A stretch of DNA of 64,000 nucleotides, taken from IMG/VR virus record IMGVR_UViG_3300044695_003767. One strand, 5' to 3'. Source of the DNA: a virus. The position numbers and the translations under genes are program-made. Shown here piece after piece: positions 48,301 to 56,900 of this stretch (positions within the stretch are counted from its first letter, which is position 1; each line of letters begins with the position of its first letter). The notes under the pieces are model-generated. The model had not been told where the DNA came from. It did no database searches and was given only the letters and a program-made list of their open reading frames with translations.

Positions 48301-49364
48301 CACCCAAAAAAGAAGATAATATTGCAATTTTCTTCTATAGGGGAACAATTGGTTCAGATAGTGCTTTAAATACCGATATTTTACAAACAATAAAGATCGG
48401 TGATACTGTACAAGTATATAAAAATAATCAATATCCAAGTACGGTAGATCAAAATTCTAGATTAGTACAAAATATAGAACTAACTGATAGAATTGAAACT
48501 GACTTATACAATGGTCCAGGCATAGATGAAATTAATCCAAAACCTTTGAATTGGACAAAACAAAAAACTGATAAGAATATATTTGGACAAGTTGTATACA
48601 AGACAAGAGATTCCATAGAATCTCAAATTTATCCAACAGCAAAATTAATTTCAGGAATTACAACATTAAGTAACGAATTATTTGTAGATAATGCAACTTT
48701 CTTCAATTATAATAATCAAATACTTGCAAAAGAATTTGATCTTTTAATTGTAGGTAGTTCAAGTACTGTTGGAATATCAACTACCGAACCATTCCCAATT
48801 GAAACTGTTATAGGTGTTGATGCTTTATCTGTACAAGGTTTTGGTGGAGTTATAACTGGAATAGGAACTACAACTGGTATAGGTACTAATCTAGCCATTA
48901 AATTCACTCTTAATAACTTAGATTCTAATACCTTTGTAACTGCAGGTTTATCAACAGGATATCCAATTTATATTTACAATACAAGAGTTGGAAATGGAAT
49001 TACAGCAATTAATGCAAATAATAATAATATTATTGGAATAGGAAGCACTTATTTAGATTGCATTTACTATGTAAATGCTTGGTCTGGGGTTGTTGGTGAT
49101 GACAATGTTGGTATTGTTACTTGCAATATTCATTCTGGATCAAATATAGTAGGTATTGCAACTACTGGTACAGAATTAAGACCCGTTGGTAATTTTTCTT
49201 GGGGTAAATTAAGTGGATTTACAAGATCAGATAAACCAATTTCTATTGCAATTTCATCATATATTGCTGATGCTGGACTAACAACATATCCAACAATTCA
49301 AAGAAGATCCATAGGATTGAAATTGAGACGTGAAACTGGGGCATTACCAAAAAGATTAACGTGA
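36318..49364 (+). CDS. g7: giant baseplate wedge initiator gp7-like protein (4348 aa)
   Basis: Between gp6 and gp8; FYQSKGT, DNDYYQNLSY, many GxGY beta repeats, YHYH-like segment. Confidence 0.8.
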   Translation: MIQTGFDSRVKITDVIDNQLPSFVLDENPKLSDFLKQYYISQEYQGGPVDISENLDQYLKINNIISESISDREVYLTSNIGTDNKITISVNTTKGFPEKYGLLKINDEIITYTGITTNSFLNCQRGFSGITGYHQDLNEEELVFEKTNVQSHQEFSSVKNLSSLFLKEFYKKIKYTFAPGFEELDFDPRLNAGNFIKSIRSFYQSKGTDESFKILFKVLYNVEATVVNLENFLIKPSSAEYVRREVILVDPISGEPNNLVGQEIKKENDLTTFASVSEVEIITRNFKTYYKLSLFVGYDESSTIQGKFIVTPKSKCIETIAVGSSTISVDSTIGFPESGTLISGNNESITYSSKSINQFFGCAGIIDEISYGSDIRSDDVYFGYENGDVSKKVRFSILGSLSKFEQISDVLNGVAEGDDINIKSLGSPIDRTRFSNKTFKEIFANSWIYNSNSRFYIENFNGPKTLNLKSPILKDDLTSFKHGDAVEIVERGTNNVVFTSHIEERIGDNSKSIKLLGSFTPVGNTEYDLRRKVNKASSLYATIKGGNDNIISDVSNLYTNTDNAYVASNSLPSSNRGLSIPYNYQITKKLDSFNITNTSGTLENQIDIDYSVISFENSTSFITGDKIFYQPESDNLVGLDTGYYYVQIVSADNKKIKLYSSPSFIGSSSYLTFRSPYISGIGTHRFTLATQKSAIIGAQKLLKKFPLSKDRNTQTNLSSSKEILPGPIGLLINGVEIDSYKSTDKIYYGPLKSVDVLNGGNNYDVINLPKIVVSAGFGQTALIQPVISGSLNKIYVENQEFDIEKILSIGVNGGNGKGAVLEPTLNLRVREVLFDGRATTIGGGINTTTGQLTFDADHYFNDGEEIFYNANGNNGIGVGIGTSTLIDKASYYPKSTSPRTVLLYPSFNDYSTGINTIRFNTDNNFGVHKFYTKSDKKTLTDIKVINGGEGYTNRKLIVKPSGISTTTHTINFSNHGFKDGELVVYNYETSPISGISTDSNNQFYILKLDNDTFRLCDGGLNGSISSNYSRKNYLKFTSQGTGYQYFSYPAITVSVEFSSVGSSSTIQSVKNLNITPYVRGEIIDAYLYESGTGYGSTILNFEKKPIISIKNGRDAKIKPNISQGKINTVKIEYGGLEYFSIPDIVANDPTGKGSGAEFLPVIDNGRIVNVKVINSGIGYSSTSTISVIPSGFNAIFDTKVRSLTINNAERFKYENYTETLDSDLKYSIIGYFKNLQDSFEDDGSKHSKIIGWSYDGNPIYGAYGYTDPQDTNSSPKSLQSGYALNILYEDRPTGFSAGFFTEDYEYVGSGDLDQNNGRFCKTPEFPLGIYAYFSPINNISYVPQFPYFIGDSFKSNAIDENYYLNQSLFDFSENKVLRNTYPYKLIDPNAENDFLSGFFDLKNQIIKIESISGGYVNGYEILSGGNNYKVNDLITFEENENSNLLAKVSSIEGKTIKNIVCNQEIYDDIVLTKINNQTLNFSVSSTHTLNDSEYISLSGFSTVFNNLDGIYKVGVSTVSTTLVNNLPAAASIGTTEIYVSQIPNSIIPGNLIGIGSESALVLNTFKDRNIIRIKRSTTGISHTTSTKISLVPNSFTIDKNIEDFDSKLNNKVYFNPVESIGVGTQSGNSSFVTFNFADFTVQRDIPTRSIYLENHPFITNQKVLFTPPSGSISVSTNGTNTFSIPLSGSSQEFYVVNKTINTIGLKTSFDSAELFFHTNGINNDEYLLESQFNQIKGSATRFKTTVSLETAHELSDGDSIVLNLKPKLGVGIGTSTFVNVSYNETYQKLIFDTVGFGTTAVITSQFYYTKPTQQAIIDTYVGLGFTVGLGTTGTRSSQQIYDFIWDNYSKFDFDGDGVISDNDSLIAVREMSGIGFSGDLLIKNIVFPQNATRKTATSIRSYINSLTGGVGIGSTTYDINNSGLVDSKIDGELLTRFTSTDGLGKPGIYNPSPIRGQFNIQNHSFKTGDKVLYLNNNLDTLQPTNDGEYFIIKIDDNNLQLALTYKDCISNPPNAISIGYTGSDGQTIGLINPEIRVTKNNVLTFNLKDPTLAGYDLKIYYDKEFNDEFVSTGSTSSFTRYKVGTPGISVDASLEIEYDNETPQTLYYALEKNGNVIAPDFDVQNNSLITYNDSLYIKTSPYTIVGLGTTTFNIFLEKTPERVSYASTECEVLEYFTNSRTAKGPIHQIDITSRKSDYKIVPILQNIQSDEGVDGNIILKSNTIGDIKEVKITNEGFPYQSDITLKPSAYISPQILIKNANTIKSIEINSGGSNYSTEPNIIVVDVLSGQKIDSGILEARLSGTSISSVSIVQKPKGISDTEVKLIAINNTNGFSIQRIEVYSPVVFDLYISQPTDGFVIAPFAPGDSVFIEGIQKDDTVSGNGFNSENYGYNFFKVIDFDTTGLLAKIRIDASELTSLVGTPKTIQDFVPFIINEKNYPKFQIEKEKLGFSPGEKILSNGIERDLRVVFSSNSYIKVFGSYELSVDEVITGKESGTIVTVAEIKDNIAQFEIDYSTKVTNGWANNVGKLNNDDQVIPDNDYYQNLSYTIKSPITYEKSKTIVNNLLHTIGTKNFSDTGITSTSNFSFNSEDSSITIKDIVTDQRTDTIYSFDLVKDINSFSGYSKFLEFNNKKLTPYINNQTNRVLKIDNINKEFSNLESNVNPYLDVANLTIDNNEYLNILVRVSDVNGSKVQLSELVILNKETDTFLLEKGSIVNVGTGLTEVSNEKIGDFSLETKNTEINLRFTPVDPTSTDYDLKWIQNSFRSNAVGVASTSIGFVKLLNSIQRITPGISTGVGISTNIISLESTSFKSLHASIQVTDDVTNQMQYSEIYLTHDDTNSYISEFYFDDFGNDGNAYSSNFIGSFSSNIDVISNVLSLDFTNSGVNTNNITIKANIVGFGTTSLGIGTYRFKKSGTPNGFERSAIYDAYHTSTISNNPVQILTKTASSFNSFKSLVEVSIGSTKAIHQIFTIYDGSDVYVKQLPFLSVSGISTSDLGVGLGTFGGSISGGNLILTFYPDPTFTQRINISNFSKILYSSVDSINVPPDLNYYSDAGALLAKDSTKVKYYNSINGERINKKDFLMFYNELPIFAREIDTSLPTELNPTTGTFTSNQHFFSENEELIYTPKSTIIGIGSTPLMYKSSGGIGTLPSTVFVVNKSENTFQISTTKSGVAVTFVSVGEGNAHMFEMKKKNEKCVLTIDDVIQYPIFPKQIYYQLSNPISAGQSTFQMTGITTIVPKDILKIDNEYMGVLSVGFGTTSIGPIVGTGTFGLVTVSRGQLGTLKASHNSGSQVSVNVGAFNIVGNTLYFTDPPRGNVQEEKDNSNLDSIKSDFTGRVFLRKDYTTNIIYDDISTRFNGIGRTFTLTVGSANTVGLGTSGGNGLLLINGLFQTPTTSNNPLNNFRLVENAGITSVVFTGVRVSGSAESDIVSTYDINQNDRPRGGLIISIGSTTGVGYAPLVGARVRPIVSSAGTITSVVGTSYTGTSVSISTANYNNFSGLIEITTSQPHQLSESDLVRLVGLAFTCPSNPGVTSYFPRSTASHLESTFPIISIGSSTVFTAKVGISTLPHSYIGFGTVFPQYSLNFGSGYRSPVSIAITQSGHSGTIASITANVGAGGTLSFTVNSGGSGYSTTTKTEIFIPDPSYTNLPVTGVSRVGLGSTTTTGVGLLLDLEVDSNPYNAGGKFYDAANLISRNLQLIADVAVGRMLAAYPSFTVPGGNQQCSDDIKSVLETVIYNLRFGGNDQVYEAANIYKTNQTLLSGEEIQSIYAFNQARDLAIQAMRNEVINTNGYTTETQVIDNTVIGDASDTPGVYTLGDCADVASAIGSYVGIVTNTIANVIAYGATATIPATKTVATGSLFSVKNFTVKRPGYSFQKGDVIRPVGLVTDARLNNPLTNFELTVLDTFTDSFALWQFGNLDYIDSVAAYQNGVRLSFPLYYNGQLLSFQKDPNFDMDMKNLLVIFVNGILQEPGKSYDFDGGTTLSFINAPKKEDNIAIFFYRGTIGSDSALNTDILQTIKIGDTVQVYKNNQYPSTVDQNSRLVQNIELTDRIETDLYNGPGIDEINPKPLNWTKQKTDKNIFGQVVYKTRDSIESQIYPTAKLISGITTLSNELFVDNATFFNYNNQILAKEFDLLIVGSSSTVGISTTEPFPIETVIGVDALSVQGFGGVITGIGTTTGIGTNLAIKFTLNNLDSNTFVTAGLSTGYPIYIYNTRVGNGITAINANNNNIIGIGSTYLDCIYYVNAWSGVVGDDNVGIVTCNIHSGSNIVGIATTGTELRPVGNFSWGKLSGFTRSDKPISIAISSYIADAGLTTYPTIQRRSIGLKLRRETGALPKRLT

Positions 49365-49384
49365 TGTAGATTCTTGAAAATCAT

Positions 49385-49392
49385 TATAAATA
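49385..49392 (+). promoter_or_regulatory. T4-type late promoter
   Basis: TATAAATA upstream of gp8. Confidence 0.8.
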
Positions 49393-49409
49393 GATAAAAA
49401 ACTATTAGC

Positions 49410-50972
49410 ATGGCATCAATTATAACAGATCAATTTAGAATATTTAATGCAGGAAATTTTGTTGATTCTGTTAATACTAATTCATATTTTGTTTTTTTGG
49501 GATTGGCAAATCCAAATGATGGTGGATTTAGTAGAACTAGTGGGTCGGTAGGAACAGAAACTACTTGGGATTCAAATCCACCATCTCCAATTGATAATTC
49601 CCAATATCTATCTCATTATAAAGATACTTTATTATTTGGAAAAAAAGTTACATCTTCAAATGTGAGAAGAGTTGTTAGAAAAATCACCTGGACATCAAAC
49701 ACCAGGTATGATATGTACAGGCATGATTATAGTTCTTCGAATTTAACTCCAAATTCAAATTTACCTAGATTATATGATTCTGATTTCTATGTAATGAATA
49801 GCAATTATCGTGTTTATGTTTGCATTGATAATGGTTCTTCGGGATCTAATTTACTAGGAAATAAATCTCAAGATGAACCTACATTTACTGATGTGGAACC
49901 CTCTGCGGCAGGATCTAGTAATGATGGTTATGTTTGGAAGTACTTATTTACAATTTCACCATCCGATATTATTAAATTCGATTCAACCGAATATATCATT
50001 CTACCAAATAACTGGGAAACAGATACAGACACAGAAATTCAAAGAGTTCGAAATGCAGGAAATTCTGAAATAGAAGAAAACCAAATTAAAAAAATATATA
50101 TTGACACTGCTGGTGATGGATATGTTAATGGATTATATCCAGTAGATATAAATGGAGATGGATCTGGTGCTAAAGCATTAGTAACTGTTGAAAATAGTAC
50201 AATTAAATCTGCAATAGTTACTGCTGGTGGAAAAGGATACACATACGGAATTCTTGATTTGGGAAAATTGAGAGCTGGAAATATATCACAAAATGCAAAA
50301 TTAATACCTATTATTCCACCATCAAATGGACACGGATATAATATTTACACAGAATTGGGTGCGGATCGAGTTTTAATATATTCTAGATTTGACGATCTTA
50401 CAAAAGATTTACCAACTGATACTAAGTTTTCTCAAATTGGAATAATTAAAAATCCAACCTATGTATCTTCAAGTACAACTTTTGATGAGAATTCATTTTC
50501 TGGATTGTATTCTGTAAAATTAACATCAATTCCACAAAAACCAATAATAGGTGAGGAAATATATCAAACAAGATCAGATGGGAATATTGCCAGGGGTTAT
50601 GTAGCATCTTTTGATAGTGATACTCTTGTTTTAAAATATTTTAGAGACAGATCTTTATATTACCCGAATACATCTGATGAAACTGATAGTTCAACTATTA
50701 GCACAAGATCAAAAATATATGAGTTTGAATCTTCTGCAAACAATATTTATTTTATAGATTCTGGATTTAATGCTCCAATTAATACAACATTTAGTGATAA
50801 TAAAGTTACTATCGGAACTAAAGTAATTGATTTGGGAGTTATATTTAATAGTGGCCTTGCAAATCCAGAGATAAATAAGAAGTCGGGAGATGTTATCTAT
50901 ATTGATAACAGACCACTGGTTGCAAGAAATCTTAGACAAAAAGAAGACGTTAAAATCATCCTGGAATTTTAA
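49410..50972 (+). CDS. g8: baseplate wedge protein gp8
   Basis: IITDQFR, VYVCIDN, DGYVWKYLFTI, SGDVIYIDNR..QKEDVKIILEF. Confidence 0.9.
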   Translation: MASIITDQFRIFNAGNFVDSVNTNSYFVFLGLANPNDGGFSRTSGSVGTETTWDSNPPSPIDNSQYLSHYKDTLLFGKKVTSSNVRRVVRKITWTSNTRYDMYRHDYSSSNLTPNSNLPRLYDSDFYVMNSNYRVYVCIDNGSSGSNLLGNKSQDEPTFTDVEPSAAGSSNDGYVWKYLFTISPSDIIKFDSTEYIILPNNWETDTDTEIQRVRNAGNSEIEENQIKKIYIDTAGDGYVNGLYPVDINGDGSGAKALVTVENSTIKSAIVTAGGKGYTYGILDLGKLRAGNISQNAKLIPIIPPSNGHGYNIYTELGADRVLIYSRFDDLTKDLPTDTKFSQIGIIKNPTYVSSSTTFDENSFSGLYSVKLTSIPQKPIIGEEIYQTRSDGNIARGYVASFDSDTLVLKYFRDRSLYYPNTSDETDSSTISTRSKIYEFESSANNIYFIDSGFNAPINTTFSDNKVTIGTKVIDLGVIFNSGLANPEINKKSGDVIYIDNRPLVARNLRQKEDVKIILEF

Positions 50973-50977
50973 GCAAA

Positions 50978-53900
50978 ATGGCACAAAAAACGAATTTAAA
51001 TATTAGTCCATATTACGACGATTTCAGTTCGGATAAAAATTTTTATAAGATTTTATTTAATCCAGGAAGACCCGTCCAAGCTAGAGAATTAACAACAATA
51101 CAATCTTTATTACAAAACCAAATAGAATCTTTTGGTAGTCATATGTTTAAAGAGGGATCGATGGTGATCCCTGGTAATTTAACTTATGATGGACAATTTT
51201 ACGCAGTACAACTAAATTCATCTAATACTGGTACAGATATTGCGTTATATCTGGAAAGTTTGATAGGGAAAAAAATTACAGGTCAAACCTCAGGAATAAC
51301 AGCAACAGTTCAACACATTGAGTTACCTAATGGAACTTCTGTTTTAAACCCAACAATTTATGTAAAATACTTAGAATCCGATAATGATTTCAATTTTACA
51401 CAATTTAATGATGGAGAATTTTTAACTGCCAATGAAAATATAGTTTATAGTGGCACCACTATAAACACAGGAACTCCTTTTGCATCTCTCATATCATTTA
51501 ATGCAACTTCAGTGGGATCTGCAGCATTCATCAACTCTGGAGTTTATTTTGTTAGAGGATTTTTTGTAAATGTACCTAAACAAACATTAATTTTAGATTA
51601 TTACACGAATAATCCGTCATATAGAGTTGGATTGACAATAGAAGAAATTATAATAACACCTAAAGATGACAAATCAATTTATGATAATGCTAAAGGATTT
51701 GAAAATTATGCTGCGCCAGGTGCAGATAGACTTCAAATCCAATTAACATTAGATAAAAAATTATTAACAGATTTAAATGACAGTAACTTTATTGAACTTT
51801 TAAGGATAGATAACGGAAAAATTAAAAAAATAGAAAATAAGTCTATTAATGACAAATTTAGAGATTACCTGGCCCAAAGAACTTATGAAGAGTCTGGTGA
51901 TTATGCAGTAGAACCTTTTAATCCATCTATTCATAACTCTTTAAATAATAGATTAGGGAATAATGGATTATTTTTCTCAAATGAGTCTACTCCAAATGGG
52001 GGAAATCCATCAGATGATCTGATGTGTATTAAAGTTTCACCAGGAAAAGCATATGTGAGAGGATACGATATCCAAAAATCTTCAACAACTATTTTAGATG
52101 TAGATAAGCCAAGAGATACTAAATCAGAATCTAATGTAGGAATATCTTTTGAGATGGGTAATTTGTTACGAGTTAACAACGTAACTGGAATTCCACAACA
52201 AAAAGGGATAGTAACATTATATGATCAACTTGGTTCTACTGGAACTGGAATTGGAAGTGCCAGAGTGTATGCTTTCAACCTAACCGATTCGGCATACTCT
52301 AGTACATCCACAAATTGGGATTTATATCTATACGATATTCAAACAAATATAAGACTAGTATTAAACAGATCATCTAGTTCATCTGAGATTCCAGCATCAT
52401 CTCTTATTAAGGGTAAAAATAGTGGGGCAAGTGGATATACTGTAGCATCTGCAAATGGATCCGATACTATTAGTGTCAGACAAACTTCCGGAACCTTTAT
52501 GGTTGGTGAATCAATAACTGTTAATGGTATTGATTTTCCAAGAACAATTATATCATCAAATGTATTTAATACTCAGAGTATTAAATCAGTTAAACAAGAT
52601 GTATTTTCAACTGTTGGTGTTCCTACCTTTACTGCAGACACTGTACTAGAAAGATTTAGATTTTTTGGTGGAATTACAGAGGCAAATATTTCTGCAGCTG
52701 TTGGTGGAGTTTCAACAATAACCAGTCCAGGTAGATTTTTTACTGGTATTACAACAGGTAATTTAGTTAGATATCAAAAGGTTGGATTTAATACTGAGAC
52801 TTATAATAGAATTAATTCAGTTTCATCAGATGGATCTTCAATGCAAATTGTGGCTCTAAGTTCTAATGTTTCTGGTGTCTATGAAGGTTCTCTACCAACT
52901 AGTGCAATAAGAACTAATGTTTTTCCAACAGCAACAATCATAAGAAATCCAAGTGCTGGATATCTTTACAGTGATATTCCGCATAAAAATATTTCTAGTG
53001 TAAATTTATCAGACTCTTCTTTAAAAATATCAGTACAATTAGCAAATCAAAGTATTACAAACAATCAAATAACTCTTGATGCATCAACTATTGCGTCCTC
53101 TATCGGAATTGTAACAGCATATTTTGACTCATTTGACCAAGAAAGATACTCAGTAGTCTATAATAATGGAACAATAGCAACTTTATCAAGTGATTCTGTA
53201 GAAGTATCTAATACAAGTTTAGTAATAAGGAATTTAACAAATACTAATGCCACAATAAATGTAACTTTAGTTAAGACTGGAGTTAAAAATAAAATTAAAA
53301 ACTATGTAAGAAGTGAAAAATTAGAAATAACAAGATCTAAGTATTTGCAATCTGGATCTGGGATCAATACTTCAATTTCTGATGGATTAACATTTAACCC
53401 ATACTATGGGTTAAGAGTTCAAGATGAAGATATTTGTTTATTAAAACCAGATGTAGTTAAAATTATTGGTATTTTTGAATCATATGATTCAACATCACCA
53501 TCTTTAGATAGAATTTTATTTACTTCTACTGCTAACGTTAGTACAAATGCAATTGTTGGTGAAAATATAATAGGTAGTTCTTCAAAAGCTGTCGCAAGAG
53601 TAGTTGAAAGGTTATCAAGTCCATCAAATACACTAGAAGTAATTTATTTAACTGATGATAGATTTTCAGTAGGAGAAGATGTGATATTTGAGGAATCAAA
53701 TATTAAAACACAAATTGAATCTATTAGAATTGGAAAGTATAAGGATATTACTTCAACATATACCTTAGACAAAGGGCAGAAAGAGGAATATTATGATTAT
53801 TCCAAATTAGTAAGAAATAAAAATATTTCAGAACCAAGCAAAAAATTATTAGTAGTTTATGACTACTATAATGTAGAATCGAATGACAATGGAGATGTCT

Positions 53901-56900
53901 TTACTGTACTGAGTTATGATAAAGATAGATACTCCACAGACATACCAGCATTAGATTCTGGCGTTAGAGCATCAGATATTTTAGACTTTAGACCTAGAGT
54001 TACTACATTTAACCCAACAATTACAAGTGCATCACCATTTGAATTTAGTTCAAGAAATTTTGGAACAGATCCTAGGTTAATAATAACACCAAACGAATCA
54101 TTTACAATTTCTTATGATTATTATTTACCAAGAATTGATAGATTATATTTAGATAAACTTGGAAATTTTGTTTTGGAAAGGGGAATATCTGCAGTTAATC
54201 CTAAAGCACCAACAAAAAGTGATGCAATGATGGAAATTGCAACCATTCAATTGCCACCATACCTATACAATCCCCAAGATGCATTAATTCAATTAAGAGA
54301 TAATAGAAGATATACAATGAGAGATATTGGATATCTCGACAATAGAATTGAAAGTTTAGAAAGAATTACTTCTTTATCTTTCCTTGAAGTTCAAACACAA
54401 ACTCTCCAAATTCAAGATAGTGAAGGTAGAAATAGATTTAAGAGTGGATTTTTTGTTGATGATTTTAAAAACAATTCTTTAATGAATAGAGTTTTATCAA
54501 ACGTTCAGGTCAATCCATCTGCTCGTGAAATGATCCCATTAATTAGCAGAAATTCTATAAAATCTAGATTGCTATCTGCTAACAATATAATTGATGAAGA
54601 ATTAGATTATAGAGATAATTTTGAATTATTAGATCCAAATGTTCAAAAAACTGGAAATTGTGTTACTTTAAAATATAATGAAGTTGGTTGGATTCAGCAA
54701 CTTTATGCAACTGGAGTTGAGAATGTAAACCCATTCAACGTTGTGATATATACGGGTATTATCAATTTAAATCCAGCTGTAGATACTTGGGTTAGAACCA
54801 TTCAATTACCAGATAGAAATATCAATATTACAAATAACTCATCTAGAACGATAACCAGAGATTTGAATGGTAGTCTTAGACAAGATATTAACAATCCTGT
54901 AGTTAGAGAAACAACATCATCTTCTGTAGTTCGTGTAGCAAATCCAGGTAGAAGAGGTCAAACATCTGTAACAGGAAGTAGTGTTACAGAGTCAAGAGAT
55001 ACTCAAACGTTTAGCAGTTCTAGTTCATCAACTAATGTAACTTTTGATACTGTAACAAATACTGATGTTTCTGTTAGAAATGTTTTAGTATCAACCTCAG
55101 ATGAGTCTTTTATGAGATCCAGAAACACTGAGTTTTCTGTTTCAAATCTAAAACCATCAACAAAATACTATCAATTCTTAGATGGCAATAGTTCTGTAGA
55201 TTTTACCCCAAAACTAGTAGAAGTTACTACAGATTCTACATTGTCAACAGATGGAACAACTGGTATTTTTGTGGTAGGAGAAACAGTTGTTGGTTCTTCT
55301 AATGGGAGAAATTTGATATCATTTAGACTTGCAACTCCAGATCATAAGTATGGACCATTTAATAATCCAACCACTAAATTTACAATAAATCCATATATTA
55401 AAACAGAAACATTACAATCATCCTATAGCAATACTTCAAAAGTATTAAATATAGATACAAACTCTTTAGCAGAAGAAGCTCAAGGTAGATATGGTGGATA
55501 TCTCACGAAAGGGATGGTTTTGGTTGGACAAACTAGTGGAGCGGTTGCTTATGTTAAAGATTTGAGACTGATCACTGATAATTTTGGTGATTTGATAGGA
55601 ACATTCTTTTTAAGAGATCCAAATACGATACCAGTACCTATCATAAGAATACCAACAGGAACAAAGACATTTAAATTAACTTCAAGTCCAACTAATGAAA
55701 TTGGTATTCCTGGAAGTAATTCAATTTCTTTTGCTGAAGTTGCTTATAGTTCTGACGGAACTCTTAATCAATGGGAAAATGAAGTTACTTCTATTACTAG
55801 CAATTTAACAACACAAACTGTTACCAATTTAAATCTTAATTTAACAACTAATTTAACAACAACTACTAGAAATACAAATCTTACTGTAGCTGAATTTTTT
55901 GATCCTTTAGCACAGTCATTTACTGTCGGAGGAAGTGTAGAAGCACCAGGTGCCAATGACAGTATTGATGATATAAATGGTGCATTCTTAACATCAGTTG
56001 GACTATTTTTTGCCAAAAAAGATGATGGCAATGCACCACTAAGAGTTGAAATTAGAACAGTTGAATTGGGTACACCAACAAGAATTATTGTAGGAAAATC
56101 AGTTACTTTAAGACCATCAGATGTTTTGATTTCTGATGATGGTGAAACTGAAACAAAAGTAACTTTCCCAGAACCAATTTACTTGGCACCTGGAAATGAA
56201 TATGCTGTTGTCATTATATCTGCCCATAGTGACAAGTATGAAATGTGGATTGCAACTATGGGAGAAAAGAGTAGAAAAACTCAACTTCTTCCAGATACTG
56301 AATCTGTAATTTACTCCAAACAGTTTTCAATGGGTAGTCTATTTAAATCCCAAAATGGATCTATATGGACGGCTAATCAGTATCAAGATCTTAAATTTAA
56401 ATTATATAAAGCACAATTCATCGCAACAACTGGAACTGCATTCTTTACAACACCACCTTTAAATCAGACCAATGGTTATATAACAACCCTGAACAATAAT
56501 CCAGTTAAAACATTACCAAAAACTGCGACTCTTGGAATATCGACTATCGTTACTTCATTAAACTCAGGATTAGTTAATGACATTTTAAAGGTTGGTAGAA
56601 AGATTGCAGGATCAAATCCAAACACTTATGGATATATAGTTGGAACTGGATGCTCAGTATCACAGGTTGTTATCAGTGATGGTGGTACAAATTATCCAGC
56701 AAGTTCAACAATTGTAAATTTAAGTACTACAAATATAGTTGGAAGTGGATCTGGATTAAAATTAAGTGTTACAACCAATTCAAGTGGTTCTATAACTGGA
56801 ATTGCTGCCACAACTTCTTCTGGAACTGGATACAAAGTTGGGGATGTTGTTGGTATTGTAACAACACTGGGAAGGAATGCAAGGGTTTCTATATCATCAA